A DNA stretch of 64,000 nucleotides from an uncultured Verrucomicrobiae bacterium (GCA_963756875.1 CAVWPA010000003.1:1632001-1696000), one strand, 5' to 3'. Shown: positions 40,301 to 50,269, counted from the first letter of the stretch. Notes: generated by a model not told the origin, from the sequence alone. Made by a program: numbers and translations.

Positions 40301-40677
40301 GCGAGCCCGCCCGCCCGTTGAGCGAGCGGACATTGAAACGCTCCGCCTTGCGCGATGTTGCAGGGATGATGCGATCGTTCCAGTACGTCGCCTACAGTGC
40401 CCTTTGGCAGCCGACGATGCGCACGGAGGATGTCCCGTTTCTCGAACGATGGGCCGATCTCTGGTATCGGCAAATCAGCAGCATCTTCCTGCAGAGTTAC
40501 TTGAAAACGACCGCCGGAGCGGTGTTCATCCCACAAAACAGCGAAGATCTGCAGATCCTTCTGGAAGCTTATCTGCTCGATAAGGCGGTTTACGAAATTG
40601 GCTACGAATTAAACAATCGGCCCGATTGGGTCGTCATCCCGGTTCGTGGTATCAAACACATCTTAAAACTGGCGTAG
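37396..40677 (+). CDS. treS: Trehalose synthase TreS fused to maltokinase (Pep2/Mak)
   Basis: WYKDAIIYE, SPLRDDGYDI, GLRLDA, FLRNHDELTLEMV; C-terminal EQSNSS, HGDYHLGQV, DFEGEP. Confidence 0.95.
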   Translation: MPAGSESGSDPLWYKDAIIYELHVKTFHDSDGDGMGDFRGLIEKLDYLQELGITAIWLLPFYPSPLRDDGYDIADYFNVNPNYGTLEDFRAFLTAAHGRGLRVITELVINHTSDQNPWFQKSRRAPAGSKEREFYVWSDTPEKYPDARIIFKDFETSNWAWDPLAKAYYWHRFYSHQPDLNFDNPAVHEAVQKVLDFWLSMGVDGLRLDAIPYLYEREGTNCENLPETHAFLKKLRAHVDKKFPGRMLLAEANQWPEDAVLYFGNGDESHMNFHFPLMPRMFMSLQMEDRFPIMDILDQTPPIPDNCQWAMFLRNHDELTLEMVTDEERDYMWRVYANDPHARINLGIRRRLAPLVANNRRKIELLNTMLLSLPGAPIIYYGDEIGMGDNIYLGDRNGCRTPMQWSPDRNAGFSKANPQQLHLPIIIDSEYHYEAINVENQQKNLSSLLWWMRRIIAMRKNFKSFSRGSLEFLYPENPRILAFLRRYENETMIVVVNLSRFSQSTDLNLARYAGCRLMEVFSQNYFPRIKKTPYPIMLGPHTCYWFAVRSQPAVGRAAQKKHVPTIEAEPKLEALLANEVCATLERKILPAYIQSCRWFGSKARGLRQVHVAERCPISAETGAAQIWFLQTAYLDGPVETYAFPVQITAGDAARAIMQRAPGAIIARFSGSEETVLHDALWDSSFRAQLFRAIARGENLKGQFGVLNGKPGSALSEDGAAQIPSSQVLRAEQSNSSMLFENKYFLKLYRKLEDGMNPDVEITRFLTERANFPNVPTFQGALEYRRAKSQPTVVCLMQGAVTAEADAWTLTLDAVGRYYERVLGRKADLQNQVAPLGALLDELIGGIYPEKASLLGQRTGELHRALASVEDDRAFAPEPFNAMSQRSAYQNMRALLRRNFDLLQKKISDLPETFRNEAKQVLASENDIHQWEKRLLNRKTNAAKIRTHGDYHLGQVLYTGKDFIILDFEGEPARPLSERTLKRSALRDVAGMMRSFQYVAYSALWQPTMRTEDVPFLERWADLWYRQISSIFLQSYLKTTAGAVFIPQNSEDLQILLEAYLLDKAVYEIGYELNNRPDWVVIPVRGIKHILKLA

Positions 40678-40707
40678 AGTTGAGAGACAGGAGAGCGTTG
40701 CCTTCTT

Positions 40708-40827
40708 CTGTAGCGGCGCTCTATGAGCGTCGCACTATTCTTTTCCCAACGATCAACTGCTCTCGCGCGTTCACTTACTCGAAAGGACGAAGAGCAACCA
40801 TGCGACGGTCATAGACCGCCGCTACAG
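40708..40827. repeat. TGTAGCGGCG REP doublet between convergent genes
   Basis: tgtagcggcgctctatgagcgtcgc...gcgacggtcatagaccgccgctaca; family also at 32051, 56512 and 58985-59077. Confidence 0.85.
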
Positions 40828-40834
40828 CGAATCA

Positions 40835-43663
40835 TCACCGCGGCGTAATACCTTCGGCAAGATCGACGTGAAATGTTTGTTTCACTTTGGTTGTGCCGAA
40901 AGTTAACTCCGCGTTGTAATCGCCAGCCGGCAAAAGCCTCTTCGGATTTTCGCCCCCGTACTCAATGCTCAGGTCCTTGGTCGGAAGCAGATCCCAGGTC
41001 AGTCGCGTGAAACCCGGCGTCCCGGGAGCCTTCAGATTGGCCACCGGTTCTCCTGTCGATTTTGTAATGGAAATCTTGATCTCGTCGCCGGCGAACTCCT
41101 TGACCCAAACCGTAAAGATTGCTCCCTCGGGGGGATTCTTGCCGCGATAAACGCCCTTGCCATTCCAATCCGCAAACCCGGGATCGAGATAACGGCCTGT
41201 AACCGGGCGCACGCTAAACAAATGTGCAGGTTCGGCGGCGATCTTTGGCGTGAATTCGCGAAACGGGACCGAGTCATCGAGGATCGCGAGGCTGCGGCCG
41301 TGCGTGGCGATGACCAGATCGGACGTGCGCGGCTGAATCTGAATGTCATCAACCTGCACGGCGGGAATATCGCCGATTCGGACCCAGTGCGTGCCCTGAT
41401 CAAATGACGCAAACAGCCCAAAGTGAGTTCCCGCATAAAGCAGCTTCGGATTCACCAGATCTTCGCGCACGACTTCAACCGGGCCATCCGCCGGCAGATC
41501 GCCGGTGACCGATTGCCATGTTTTGCCCAAATCGGCGGTGCGCAAAATCATTGGATGGTCGTCTCCGGATCGAAAGGCGCTTGTCGCGACATACGCCACG
41601 TTTGGGTCGATATGCGAAGGCTCGATCCGCTCGATCCATTGTCCGCGCGCGGGTTCCGGCAGATTGTTTGTCAGCTCGGTCCACTTACCGCCCTCATTCT
41701 GCGTAATCCAAAGCCGTCCATCGTCTGTGCCTGCCCAGAGTTCGCCGGCGCGCTTTGGCGACTCGGCAAGCGAAAACACAACTCCGTAATTTTCCGCGCC
41801 GCTCCCGGCGGCAGTTGTGCGAGACGGATTATTGTGCGTCAGGTCCGGGCTAATCACGGAATATTTTTCGGCTCGATCCGTCAGGCGGAAGACATAATTG
41901 CCGCCCAGGTAAATCACGCCGGGCTTATGCTGGCTCATGATCATCGGCGAATTCCAATTGAACCGATACCTTGGCTGACCTTCCGGCGGTTCGGGGCGCA
42001 AGCGGCGAATTTCGCCATTGCGCAGATTGATCCGGTGCACTTCGCCTTCCTGGCTCTCCGCGTAGAAGGTGTCGTGATCGGTTGGATCGAACAGCACATA
42101 GAAGCCGTCGCCGCCGGCAAGGGCGGTCCAGTCGCAGTTGCGAATCTCTTCCTTGCTTGGAACACCGCTCGGCCCCACCCAGTTTTCGTTGTCCTGAAGT
42201 CCACCGGCGATGCGGAAATACGGCTTCGTGTCGTCCAGCGAAATTCGATAATATTCTCCGGCGGGGATGCGGTTGAGATGCTCCCAATTCTTGCCACCGG
42301 CAAAGCTTTGATAGACGCCGCCGTCACATCCGAGCAATAGCCGCTGACACACGCGCGGTTTGGGCGGTTTGCTTTTGTCCTCCGGCTTTGGCGGGTTCGA
42401 TGCCGGAACTGTTCCCGGTTGAATGACGAACGTATGGCAATCCGGGTGCACTTTTTCGGAGAGATCTTCCCGGAAATTCTTTCCGCCGTCGTCGGAAACG
42501 AGCAGAGCGAATTCGAGCAGGTACACCCGCTGATCGTTCTCCGGATCGATGCGGATCTGACTGAAGTAAAATGGTCGTGGGTCAATTGCGCTTATCCGCG
42601 TCCATTTTTCGCCGCCATCTTCGGAGCGAAACACCCCGCCGCTTTTGCTGCGAAGATCCGTTAGCACGCTTGAGCCGCCTTCATAACTTTGCACCACGGC
42701 CATGACGATCTTCGGCTTGCTTTCGCAGACAGCGAGGCCGATGCGACCGGTTTGCGGTGGCAAGCCGCCTCCAAGTTTTTTCCAACTTGCTCCGCCGTTC
42801 GTGCTCTTGAAAATTCCGCCGGCATCCGCTCCACCTGTCACCTGAGGTCCCGAGGCAAAGCTCCAGGCGGTTCGCCGCCGCGCGTACAACGCTGCGTAAA
42901 CGATTTGTGGGTTAGCGGGATCAAGTGCCACGTCGCAACACCCGGTCTGCGCGTCGTGCGGTGCAGGCGCATGTAAAATGAGCTTCCAGGTTTTGCCGCC
43001 ATCGGTGGTCTTGAAAAGCCCGCGCTCCCCGCCGTCCTGCCACAAATCGCCGCTCGCAGCGACATATGCTGTTTCCGGCTTCTTGGGATCGACAACAATT
43101 CGCCCAATGGCCCGGCTATCTTTTAATCCAACGTTTTTCCAGGTTTGTCCGCCATCCGTGGAGCAATAGACGCCATCGCCCCAGCCGGATGTATTGCGAT
43201 CGTTGGCTTCACCGGTCCCGACCCAGATCACACGCGAATCCGAAGGAGCAACAGCGATGGCACCGATTGAAAGGTCCGGTTGCTTGTCGAAGATTGGATC
43301 GAATGTAATGCCGTTATCGCTCGTTTTGAAAAGTCCGCCATGCGCCAGGCCAACGTAAAAGACATACGGATTGTGCGGATCAAGCGCAATGGCCGGGACG
43401 CGGCCGCCCATTACCGCCGGTCCAATCGAGCGCGCCTTGAGATTCTTGAATAAAACGTCGCTGAGCGGCGGAGCGGTCTCGGAGGGCGCCGGCGTGACGG
43501 CAGAAGGCAACGGCGGAGTCGTGCTTTGTGGTGAGGCCGGGCTTTGCGAGGCGGCAGAAGGCGAGGCTTTGGCGCGGTGCAGTGGATCTTCCTGGGCCAA
43601 CAGAAGAACAGCTCCGCAAATTGAAAGCAGTGAAACGAAGACAACTGAAAATCGAGCGATCAT
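40835..43663 (-). CDS. Secreted VPS10/sortilin-like BNR-repeat beta-propeller protein
   Basis: RSIGPAVMGGR; repeated S/T.DGG.TW Asp-boxes; DLVIATHGRS. Confidence 0.9.
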   Translation of the reverse strand: MIARFSVVFVSLLSICGAVLLLAQEDPLHRAKASPSAASQSPASPQSTTPPLPSAVTPAPSETAPPLSDVLFKNLKARSIGPAVMGGRVPAIALDPHNPYVFYVGLAHGGLFKTSDNGITFDPIFDKQPDLSIGAIAVAPSDSRVIWVGTGEANDRNTSGWGDGVYCSTDGGQTWKNVGLKDSRAIGRIVVDPKKPETAYVAASGDLWQDGGERGLFKTTDGGKTWKLILHAPAPHDAQTGCCDVALDPANPQIVYAALYARRRTAWSFASGPQVTGGADAGGIFKSTNGGASWKKLGGGLPPQTGRIGLAVCESKPKIVMAVVQSYEGGSSVLTDLRSKSGGVFRSEDGGEKWTRISAIDPRPFYFSQIRIDPENDQRVYLLEFALLVSDDGGKNFREDLSEKVHPDCHTFVIQPGTVPASNPPKPEDKSKPPKPRVCQRLLLGCDGGVYQSFAGGKNWEHLNRIPAGEYYRISLDDTKPYFRIAGGLQDNENWVGPSGVPSKEEIRNCDWTALAGGDGFYVLFDPTDHDTFYAESQEGEVHRINLRNGEIRRLRPEPPEGQPRYRFNWNSPMIMSQHKPGVIYLGGNYVFRLTDRAEKYSVISPDLTHNNPSRTTAAGSGAENYGVVFSLAESPKRAGELWAGTDDGRLWITQNEGGKWTELTNNLPEPARGQWIERIEPSHIDPNVAYVATSAFRSGDDHPMILRTADLGKTWQSVTGDLPADGPVEVVREDLVNPKLLYAGTHFGLFASFDQGTHWVRIGDIPAVQVDDIQIQPRTSDLVIATHGRSLAILDDSVPFREFTPKIAAEPAHLFSVRPVTGRYLDPGFADWNGKGVYRGKNPPEGAIFTVWVKEFAGDEIKISITKSTGEPVANLKAPGTPGFTRLTWDLLPTKDLSIEYGGENPKRLLPAGDYNAELTFGTTKVKQTFHVDLAEGITPR

Positions 43664-43757
43664 GGCCGATTACCCTAGCGGAACGTTCACGGATTGGCCA
43701 TGCCTGAATTTGTTACGGCTCCTTTGCGCCGCAATAATCCTGCGTATTGTCGCGGTT

Positions 43758-44534
43758 ATGACAGCACAAGTTTTGGCTGGGAAAACGGGGGTTGTATTCG
43801 GCGTGGCGAACAAACGCAGCATCGCGTGGGCGATCGCGAAGGCGTGGGCCGCGGCGGGTGCGCGACTAATTTTCAATTATCAAGGCGAACGACTAAAGGA
43901 AAACATCGAGGAACTGGTGGGCGAGTTTGGCGAAAAGACGCCATTTTTTCCGTGCGACGTTTCGAGCGACGAAGAGATCAAGACTTTCTTTGCTAAGGTA
44001 AAAGGTGAGACCGATCGCGTCGATCTGATGCTGCATTCGCTTGCGTTTGCTCCGAAGGAAGCGCTGGAAGGCGATTTTGTGAGCACCACGCGCGAGGCAT
44101 TTCGTGTCGCACAGGACATCAGCGCCTACTCCCTGGTCGCGCTCGCGCGGGAAGTCGCGCCGTTGATGACTAATGGCGGGAGCATCGTCGCGATGACTTA
44201 TTACGGCTCCGAGAAAGTCGTTCCGCATTACAACGTGATGGGCGTCGCCAAGGCCAGCCTCGAAGCGAGCACGCGTTATCTCGCCTACGATCTCGGCCCC
44301 AAAAAAATCCGCGTGAATTGCATTTCGGCCGGCCCCGTAAACACGCTGGCCGCGCGTGGCATCAGCGGATTTATGTCGATGTTGAAGCATTATCAGGAAC
44401 GCGCGCCGCTGCGTCGCAGTTGCGACCCTGCGGAGTTGGGTGAGACCGGTGTGTTCTTGGCAAGCGACGGCGCTGCCGCGATCACCGGCCAGGTAATTTA
44501 CGTCGATGGCGGCTATCAAATCATGGGTCTGTGA
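43758..44534 (+). CDS. fabI: Enoyl-ACP reductase
   Basis: GVANKRSIAWAIA, YNVMGVAKASLE, ISAGPVNTLAA. Confidence 0.96.
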   Translation: MTAQVLAGKTGVVFGVANKRSIAWAIAKAWAAAGARLIFNYQGERLKENIEELVGEFGEKTPFFPCDVSSDEEIKTFFAKVKGETDRVDLMLHSLAFAPKEALEGDFVSTTREAFRVAQDISAYSLVALAREVAPLMTNGGSIVAMTYYGSEKVVPHYNVMGVAKASLEASTRYLAYDLGPKKIRVNCISAGPVNTLAARGISGFMSMLKHYQERAPLRRSCDPAELGETGVFLASDGAAAITGQVIYVDGGYQIMGL

Positions 44535-44542
44535 TCAGAATC

Positions 44543-44641
44543 TCCCGCTCCTGATCGTGCTCATGCTCCTGATCATGATCGAAAGTCAAAGGAAGACGTC
44601 ACGACCCAGGTTAAGATCACGTTCGCGAGCATGAGCACGAG
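44543..44641. repeat. Hexamer-periodic inverted repeat
   Basis: cgtgctcatgctc (about 44556) and its reverse complement gagcatgagcacg (about 44627). Confidence 0.6.
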
Positions 44642-44664
44642 TACCTGCGGACGAACTGCGGAAA

Positions 44665-46029
44665 TTGTTAGGCGTTGAGGCCGTAGCTGACGACGCGGAA
44701 ACGCTTGCGGCCCACAGTGGAGACAAATGGTTTGCGGCGGAGACGCCTGAAGTCGTGGTCTTTGCAAAATCGACCGGTGACGTCTCAAAACTGCTCGACT
44801 TCGCGGCACGCAAGAAAATTCCCATCACAGCGCGGGGGGCTGGCTATGGCTACGTGGGCGGATGCGTGCCGGTGCGAAAAGGGATTTCGCTTTCGCTCAT
44901 GCGCATGAACCGCATTAAGGAAATTAATTTCGCAGACGCGATCGCGATTGTCGAACCAGGCGTGATCACGGCCGACCTGAAGGCGGCGGCGCGCCGGGAG
45001 AAGTTATTTTATCCGCCGGATCCCGCGAGCATGAAGGATTGCAGCATCGGAGGCAACGTCGCGACCAACGCGGGAGGGCCGCGTTGTTTGAAATACGGTG
45101 TGACACGCAATTACGTCATCGGCCTCGAAGTCGTGCTCGCCAACGGCCAGGTCCTGCGGACAGGCGGACGGGTTCACAAGGATAAGACGGGCTTCAACCT
45201 CATCGGTTTGTTTGTCGGTTCGGAAGGAATGCTCGGGGTCGTGACGGAGATTACCTTTCGCCTGCTTCCGCTTCCGCCGGCACGCGCGACGTTGTCCGCC
45301 GGATTTGCCAGGACTGCGCAGGCCGCCGCTGCCGTGCAGGAAATTTTCGCGGCCGGCTTTTTGCCGGCGTCTCTCGAAATTGCGGATCACTTCACGCTCA
45401 AGGCAGCCAGAAAAGGTCTCGGCAAAGCGATCGTCCCGCCGGGCAGCGCGCATCTTCTGGTGGATGTTGATGGGCAAGAGGAAAGCGTGCGAAGCGAAGC
45501 AGCTGCAATTCGCGATTTACTTGCGAAAAAGAATCCTGCCACGCTCGAACTGGCCACCGGTGAAGTCGAGTGCGAAAAGCTCTGGGCGCTGCGGCGTGAG
45601 TTCAGCAACGCCCTGCGTGCTACGGGCCTGACAAAATTGAACCAGGATGTAGTTGTGCCCCGGGGTCGCATTGTCGATCTCATCGAGTTCGCCGAAAAGC
45701 TGCAGGCAAAACATGGCTTTCCGATCGCCTGCTTTGGTCACGCCGGCGACGGGAACATCCACGTCAATATCATGACGAATGATTATTCCGATGCGCGGGT
45801 ACGCGAACGGGTCGATGCCGCGTTGGATGAGCTTTTCGCGCAAGTACTGGCATGGGGCGGGGTGATTACAGGCGAGCACGGCATCGGCCTGGCGAAAAAG
45901 CGGTGGTGGCCTGAAGCGACCAGCGAGGTTGTGCGCGATTTGCATCGTAAGCTCAAACAGGCGCTCGATCCCGACGGAATCCTGAATCCGGGAAAATTTG
46001 TTGGCCCGGAAAACTTGAGGGTTGACTAA
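44665..46029 (+). CDS. FAD-linked oxidase (GlcD/D-lactate dehydrogenase family); start uncertain
   Basis: YPPDPAS, IGGNVATNAGG, GSEGMLG, GHAGDGNIH, GEHGIG. Confidence 0.9.
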   Translation: MLGVEAVADDAETLAAHSGDKWFAAETPEVVVFAKSTGDVSKLLDFAARKKIPITARGAGYGYVGGCVPVRKGISLSLMRMNRIKEINFADAIAIVEPGVITADLKAAARREKLFYPPDPASMKDCSIGGNVATNAGGPRCLKYGVTRNYVIGLEVVLANGQVLRTGGRVHKDKTGFNLIGLFVGSEGMLGVVTEITFRLLPLPPARATLSAGFARTAQAAAAVQEIFAAGFLPASLEIADHFTLKAARKGLGKAIVPPGSAHLLVDVDGQEESVRSEAAAIRDLLAKKNPATLELATGEVECEKLWALRREFSNALRATGLTKLNQDVVVPRGRIVDLIEFAEKLQAKHGFPIACFGHAGDGNIHVNIMTNDYSDARVRERVDAALDELFAQVLAWGGVITGEHGIGLAKKRWWPEATSEVVRDLHRKLKQALDPDGILNPGKFVGPENLRVD

Positions 46030-46185
46030 ACGGAATTCGCAGGCAGATTGTCCCCTCTTTTACAGGAACTTGCTTGCTGAAAGTTCGGTCGATTTACACG
46101 CGTCTGCGTGATCGAAAGTCGAATTGAATTATTAAGTGAGACGTTACGTCTAACTGGCAGCTCCTGTCGCTGTTACCCCCTAACC

Positions 46186-47049
46186 ATGAAATCAGGAACC
46201 ATTACTCACACCATAGCAGTTTTGCTCTCATCGATCTCCGCGTTGTTTGTCCACTCGGCAGAAGCGAAAGCCGAGCCGGCCCGGATGAAGGTCAGTAAAA
46301 GCTTCGAGAGCCCGCGGGATGGCCTGTTGGTCAATCTTGCATCGCTGGTATTCGCGCCGCGGCATCTCAAATCGGGTCCGCCGGCGCCGAGTGCGAACTA
46401 CCCGTGGAAACAGCATATTGTTACGACGGTTTTCTGGATTGGGGAGACTCCGAGCGGAAATAATCCAGTGCCGAACCGCTCAAGTTCGTGGGACAAAAAC
46501 TGGGCACGGAGCTACGGAGGCTTGGACGATCCAAATCGGGCACATCGGGAGGACTATATTCCGGTCAAATTCACGCCGCGACAGAATCCGTTTTACTGCG
46601 CGCTGCCTTACAACGACAAGGCGACCAACGGCCATCGGCCGGAAGCCCCGCGGGTGATTCCCTGGTACAGGGAAGCGTATCAAGGCCCCGGCGTGTCGGT
46701 GTGCAAGGATCGCTGGATCGCCATCCACAAGGGCGATCGGACGGTTTATGCCCAATGGGAAGATGCCGGCCCGTTTCGCACAGATCATTGGCAGTATGTC
46801 TTCGGTAACGAACGTCCCAAACCGAATCTGAATAGAGGAGCGGGGCTCGACGTTTCTCCGGCCGTGCGCGACTATCTGGGCCTGGAGGAGACGGACGTAA
46901 CGGACTGGAAATTCGTTGATTTTAAGGATGTGCCGTACGGTCCGTGGTCGAAGTTTGGTGAAAACAACACTTTCGTTATCAAGGAGCGAAGGGGCCGCTC
47001 CGTTGTGGCACAGGCCACCAGCAGCAGCCCTTCTGAGGTGCTGCGGTAA
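46186..47049 (+). CDS. Secreted hypothetical protein, possible double-psi beta-barrel (RlpA/expansin-like) domain
   Basis: Signal peptide; EDAGP and GLDVSPAV motifs. Confidence 0.65.
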   Translation: MKSGTITHTIAVLLSSISALFVHSAEAKAEPARMKVSKSFESPRDGLLVNLASLVFAPRHLKSGPPAPSANYPWKQHIVTTVFWIGETPSGNNPVPNRSSSWDKNWARSYGGLDDPNRAHREDYIPVKFTPRQNPFYCALPYNDKATNGHRPEAPRVIPWYREAYQGPGVSVCKDRWIAIHKGDRTVYAQWEDAGPFRTDHWQYVFGNERPKPNLNRGAGLDVSPAVRDYLGLEETDVTDWKFVDFKDVPYGPWSKFGENNTFVIKERRGRSVVAQATSSSPSEVLR

Positions 47050-47087
47050 CCAGATTCAACGACGTCGGACCGTCGGCGTCATTCTCG

Positions 47088-47354
47088 TCACCGCGTTGAG
47101 GCCGCCGCGGCAGGATTGCCGTCCTGATTCGGCCGCTCTTCGCTAACGCGCGAAAACACGAAAAAGAAGGCCAAAAGCGCGCCGACAATCACGACGAATA
47201 GAAAGAGAAAGCTCCCGGCACGAACCGCTCGATAGCGTGCGCCGGCCCGGTCCCACTCCGCACGCTTCTCACTTAGCTCTGCTTCGAGAAGCCGGCTGAG
47301 CTGCTCCGGGTCGTTTTCTGTTAATTCAGGCTTGCCGGAACCGTTCGGCATCAT
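47088..47354 (-). CDS. Small single-pass membrane protein
   Basis: Charged helix followed by FLFLFVVIVGALLAFFFVF. Confidence 0.65.
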   Translation of the reverse strand: MMPNGSGKPELTENDPEQLSRLLEAELSEKRAEWDRAGARYRAVRAGSFLFLFVVIVGALLAFFFVFSRVSEERPNQDGNPAAAASTR

Positions 47355-47376
47355 TCAAACATCAACTGCAAATAAT

Positions 47377-48051
47377 ATGCCGGGACGCAGGAAAACAGCA
47401 GCCTACGTAGCGCCGATGCTGACTTTCATCGGTTTGCTCCTGCTTAATGTCGTCCTGAAAGAGATCGGCGGCCCCTTCTGGCTACGCTTTCCCGAGTATT
47501 GGATTTATCCGGCGCAAACGATTCTATGCGGCGTTCTGCTCATTTGGTTTCGCCGCGAATACGACTTTCATCGGTTGCGTCACGTTGTTTTCGCTCTTGT
47601 CGCCGGCGCGATTGTTTTTGTTCTGTGGATTTCGCCCCAGCAATTCCTTGGATTTGCAGAACGCACGATGGGATTCGATCCCGATTTTTTGTCCAGCAAA
47701 CCCTCCGTTTACTGGTTTACCGTCATTTTTCGTTTTCTCCGCCTGGCCGTCGTCGTCCCATTTGTCGAAGAGGTTTTTTGGCGCGGGTTCCTGCTGCGTT
47801 TCCTCATCGATGAAGATTTCGAACGCGTCGAGTTTGGAGCGTTTTCCTGGCCCTCCTTCATCGTCGTCACCCTCGCTTTTGGCTTTTCGCATTCGGTGAA
47901 GGACTGGGTCGCCGCGTTAATTACGGGTGCCATTTACAACGTAGTGGCCTACCGGACAAAAAGTCTCGCTTCCTGCGTCGTGACCCACGCCATTACGAAC
48001 CTGTTGCTCGGCCTTTGGATTATGAAAACCAAAGAGTGGGGGTTCTGGTAG
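47377..48051 (+). CDS. CAAX prenyl protease-related (CPBP) intramembrane protease
   Basis: EEVFWRGF, FGFSH, HAITN. Confidence 0.88.
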   Translation: MPGRRKTAAYVAPMLTFIGLLLLNVVLKEIGGPFWLRFPEYWIYPAQTILCGVLLIWFRREYDFHRLRHVVFALVAGAIVFVLWISPQQFLGFAERTMGFDPDFLSSKPSVYWFTVIFRFLRLAVVVPFVEEVFWRGFLLRFLIDEDFERVEFGAFSWPSFIVVTLAFGFSHSVKDWVAALITGAIYNVVAYRTKSLASCVVTHAITNLLLGLWIMKTKEWGFW

Positions 48052-48137
48052 GTCTCGGGGGGGGCGGTGGTCATAAACGGGGCTCATAGCGGGCGCCCTT
48101 CCGGCGATGGCATCGACCGTGCTGCTAAAAGGGGCAG

Positions 48138-48290
48138 ATGCATGCGACTTTTATTCAGAAAGTGATGATTTGTGCAATCGCCGGGTTTTTTGCGGCCACA
48201 GTGATCGAGTGGGGAAAAGTATTCATTGAAGGCGCTGACGACTCGCTCAACAAGGGGTACAAACATCGCACCATCATGAGTGGTCCTTAG
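48138..48290 (+). CDS. Putative 50-aa membrane microprotein (not in the ORF track)
   Basis: aaaagggg upstream; MHATFIQKVMICAIAGFFAATVIEWGKVFIEGADDSLNKGYKHRTIMSGP. Confidence 0.45.
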   Translation: MHATFIQKVMICAIAGFFAATVIEWGKVFIEGADDSLNKGYKHRTIMSGP

Positions 48291-48572
48291 GATCCTCCTG
48301 GTTCTGTTGTAACGCACGGGTTCGGTGCCCGCGGGTGAGCGCGGCCCAGGGTGGCAGCTCCTCGAGTCTTCTCATTGCGCGAAAGGGATTGCCGCGTGCG
48401 CGCCTGCGCTTAATCTGCATGGAACATTGGCACAAACGTGTTGTGCCAACTTTACGGCGGGAGGCCCCGGGCCGCGAGGAGGCGAGCGGGTCCAGGGAAG
48501 CCGGGCGGCTAGTTTGATACATTTTTCGCCTGAACATCACCCCTCTTGCCGGATATATATTAACCCAGCAGC

Positions 48573-50225
48573 ATGAAAGTCGGCTTCGCTCAGCTCAATA
48601 CCACGGTCGGCGATTTACGCGGCAATTTTGAGAAAATTCTCCAGGCATACAATCGTCTTGCCGCCGGCGGCGCGGATCTGGTTCTTACTCCTGAGCTCGC
48701 CATCACCGGCTATCCGCCGCAGGACCTGGTCTTCAAATCGCGCTTCGTTCCAGAGAACCTTCAAGTTTTGGAACAGCTTCATGGCCGGATCGGAAACGTC
48801 CCTCTGCTGGTCGGGTTCGTGGATAGGAATGAAGGACGTGGTAAACCGTTTCATAATGCAGCCGCTTTGCTCGAAGCGGGCCGACCGATCCGCAAAACGT
48901 ATAAGTCGTTGTTGCCAACTTACGATGTTTTTGATGAAGACCGTTACTTCGAACCGCCCTCTCGAGTCGAGCCGTTCGCCATCTGCGGAAAGAAAGTCGG
49001 CATAACGATCTGTGAAGATATTTGGACGGAACATTACCTGCCCCGGCCGTTTTACGACGTCGAGCCAACGCGAAGTTTGATCGAACAGGGCGCGGAATTG
49101 ATCGTCAACCTGAGTGCGTCGCCATTTTCTCTGCATAAGCCGGCGATTCGCCATGAAATGGTGGGCGGCCTGGCGCGAACTTATCAACGTCCGATTTTTT
49201 ACTGCAACGCGGTTGGCGGCAACGATCAGCTGGTTTTTGATGGGAACTCCATCGCAGTGGATTCGTCAGGTGGCTTGATCGCGCAGCTGCGTGGTTTTCG
49301 AGAAGACGAGGCGATCATCGACACGGAGGCAACCGGCACCGCGAAATTCCGCGATGGGACGCTGCCGGAAGAGATCTTCGATGCGCTTTCGCTAGGCCTT
49401 CGCGATTATCTGCGGAAGTGCAATTTCAAGTCCGCGGTGCTCGGTTTAAGCGGTGGCGTCGATTCGGCCGTGGTTGCGGTCGTCGCCGTTCAGGCTCTCG
49501 GCGCCGAGAATGTTCTTGGTGTCTGCATGCCGAGCCAGTATTCCTCGCGTGGCAGTATCGATGACGCTCTGGCTCTCGCCCACAATCTGGGCATCAAGTG
49601 CCTGCAAATCCCGATTGCGGACACATTCAATGCAGTCCGGTCGCAATTTAAGGAAATTTTTGCAGGGTTGCCCGAAAATGAGACGGAGGAAAATATTCAA
49701 CCGCGCCTGCGCGCGCTGACGCTAATGGCGCTCTCGAACAAGTTCGGCCACCTGGTCTTGTCCACGGGCAACAAAAGCGAACTGGCAGTCGGTTATTGCA
49801 CGATTTACGGGGACATGGCGGGCGGCCTTGCTGTGATCAGCGACGTGCCCAAGACGATGATCTACCAGCTGGCGCGCTGGATTAATTCCGGCTACGCGTC
49901 GCGAACGGGCCGCAAGGGCGAGATCATTCCAAGATCTACCATTGAAAAGCCGCCCAGCGCGGAGTTGAAGCCAAACCAAAAGGACCAGGATACACTGCCG
50001 CCGTACGAGATCCTGGACGAGATTTTGCGTCTATATATTGAAGAAAATCTGAGTGCTCGCGACATTGTTGCACACGGATTCGACGAGAAGACGGTGCGCT
50101 GGGTGCAGCGCCGGGTCGATCTCAACGAATACAAGCGCGAGCAAGCCGCCCTCGGGCTGAAAGTGACCACGCGCGCTTTCGGTCTCGGCCGCCGGATGCC
50201 GATTGCCCAAAAGTACATCGGTTAG
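48573..50225 (+). CDS. nadE: Glutamine-dependent NAD+ synthetase
   Basis: Nitrilase domain (PEL, K, ICEDIW) plus LGLSGGVDS, TGNKSE, KPPSAEL. Confidence 0.96.
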   Translation: MKVGFAQLNTTVGDLRGNFEKILQAYNRLAAGGADLVLTPELAITGYPPQDLVFKSRFVPENLQVLEQLHGRIGNVPLLVGFVDRNEGRGKPFHNAAALLEAGRPIRKTYKSLLPTYDVFDEDRYFEPPSRVEPFAICGKKVGITICEDIWTEHYLPRPFYDVEPTRSLIEQGAELIVNLSASPFSLHKPAIRHEMVGGLARTYQRPIFYCNAVGGNDQLVFDGNSIAVDSSGGLIAQLRGFREDEAIIDTEATGTAKFRDGTLPEEIFDALSLGLRDYLRKCNFKSAVLGLSGGVDSAVVAVVAVQALGAENVLGVCMPSQYSSRGSIDDALALAHNLGIKCLQIPIADTFNAVRSQFKEIFAGLPENETEENIQPRLRALTLMALSNKFGHLVLSTGNKSELAVGYCTIYGDMAGGLAVISDVPKTMIYQLARWINSGYASRTGRKGEIIPRSTIEKPPSAELKPNQKDQDTLPPYEILDEILRLYIEENLSARDIVAHGFDEKTVRWVQRRVDLNEYKREQAALGLKVTTRAFGLGRRMPIAQKYIG

Positions 50226-50269
50226 GGCAGAGGCGGTGGCTCTTTAACGCTGGCCCGGGCTGGAGGATG

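Noticed and set aside
37396..40677. TreS-maltokinase fusion as a novelty
   Set aside because: This fusion is well known and widespread.
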